From Spizellomyces punctatus DAOM BR117 (taxonomy: Eukaryota), in assembly GCA_000182565.2 (NCBI GenBank), contig KQ257465.1: DNA of 64,000 bases. One strand, 5' to 3'. Each line of letters starts with the position of its first letter. Position 1 is the stretch's first letter. The notes under the pieces are model-generated. The model saw only the letters and a program-made list of their open reading frames with translations, searched no databases and was not told the DNA's origin. Below are positions 62,913 through 64,000 of the stretch, piece after piece. The position numbers and the translations under genes were made by a program.

Positions 62913-63578
62913 TAAATACTGTGACGAGTTGACGAGCATGATTTGATGAATTTGTAGAATATGATTTTTGCAAGCTGCTTTCCTAATATCAATGTACAAT
63001 GAACAAAAGCAAACGACACAAGAGAAATGTGTATCTCCTTTGGGTAATGTTGATAAACGACATTTTTCTGATTCGAGTTCACCAATGACCATAGAAAGAG
63101 ATTCAACAATGATATTGGCCGTCTTTTTGACTCGAAGGGACACTGATAAAGTAACAGCGCTACAAAAATCCCACTCGACCTTCGATAGAGCCTTTAAACA
63201 TATGCAAAAAAGTTTCCAACAAACTCATCCCCCATGCGTTGCGTCTCTTGGACATAAGTTCACCAACCATTATCCTTCTTTTTGACTACAGAGCGAGCCC
63301 GACCGGATAAAGAATAGATGGTTGCACGTAAACCTATCAAGTGCAAGAGCTGCAATGGAGGTTAATGGGTCAACGTCCTAATCTAAATCGAAGGGCAATT
63401 TCCGTTTTATACCAAAAGTCGTCGTGGCGCGGTTATACACGTGATAGAGTATTACGTAAGTACCATCGGGGGGTCAGCGACGATGGGGGAAATCCATTTT
63501 GTGTGCGGATGGAGCGAAAACTCATAACGAACAGCTGGTTCCGCACGCCGTCGACGGCCGTACGCTCAAAAGCCCGCA

Positions 63579-64000
63579 ATGTCAACTTCTTCGACAGCTG
63601 CCAAAAAATCTCCCACTACCACCCCAGTAAAGAAAGCGTCCTCGTTCCAGTCGCTCAAAACCCCTTCCTCGTCCGACTTGAACGCTGATAAGAGTGCTGC
63701 GCTGGGGACGCCTTCCCCAAAAGGGTCCATGAGCAACCTAAAAGGCGTTTCGTCCAAAGTTGGGAGCTTGGAAAATATCAATCATACCCCCAAAGGCGGA
63801 CAAAAAAAGATATTCAACGAAAAGAAAACATATAATGTCACTAGCAAAATTGGGTCGCTTGAGGTAGATTGACGTGAAAAAACAAGATTGGGAGACGGGT
63901 TCTTTGTCATGTCTCCCCCTTTTACAAGCTAAAATATGTTGCTACGGCTTAGAATATCAACCATGTCCCCGCTGGCGGCAACGTAAAGATTACTTCCACT
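63579..64000 (+). CDS. Tau/MAP2/MAP4-type microtubule-binding repeat protein (5' part; runs off the window)
   Basis: Basic S/T-P-rich N-terminus, then LKGVSSKVGSLENINHTPKGGQKKI and VTSKIGSLE|NINHVPAGGNVKITST across intron 63864-63952. Confidence 0.85.

Overview
This is a eukaryotic chromosome end, most likely from an intron-rich early-diverging fungus. The chytrid-like assignment is an inference from gene content and short GT-AG introns. The window opens with a mixed CCCTAA/CCCTGA telomeric array. An intron-poor subtelomeric zone (0.4-18.7 kb) follows, holding an intronless bacterial-type alpha-lytic/streptogrisin-like protease, a Sulfotransfer_4-type gene and five consecutive, mutually unrelated glycosyltransferase-type genes: a nucleotide-sugar-transporter-like/GT2/GT4-like fusion, a GT32-like, a GT31-like, an HtrL-like and a GT37-like fucosyltransferase. 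From about 19 kb on the region is compact, intron-rich housekeeping DNA: Rho GTPase, paladin-like phosphatase, ZnT9-like transporter, FIP1, IBA57, DPM2, RAB18, a RING protein, CSE1, a stand-alone BRCT protein, PEX14, PRA1, a CCX exchanger, a metacaspase, a Ser/Ala-rich GPI-type surface protein spanning an assembly gap, AMP deaminase and a copper-fist transcription factor. The right edge holds the 5' part of a gene with tau/MAP2-type microtubule-binding repeats. The best candidates for novelty are the putative subtelomeric glycan-biosynthesis cluster with its transporter-glycosyltransferase fusion, and the fungal tau-like protein. All family calls come from motif recognition by eye; no database searches were run, and exon boundaries were inferred from splice signals.
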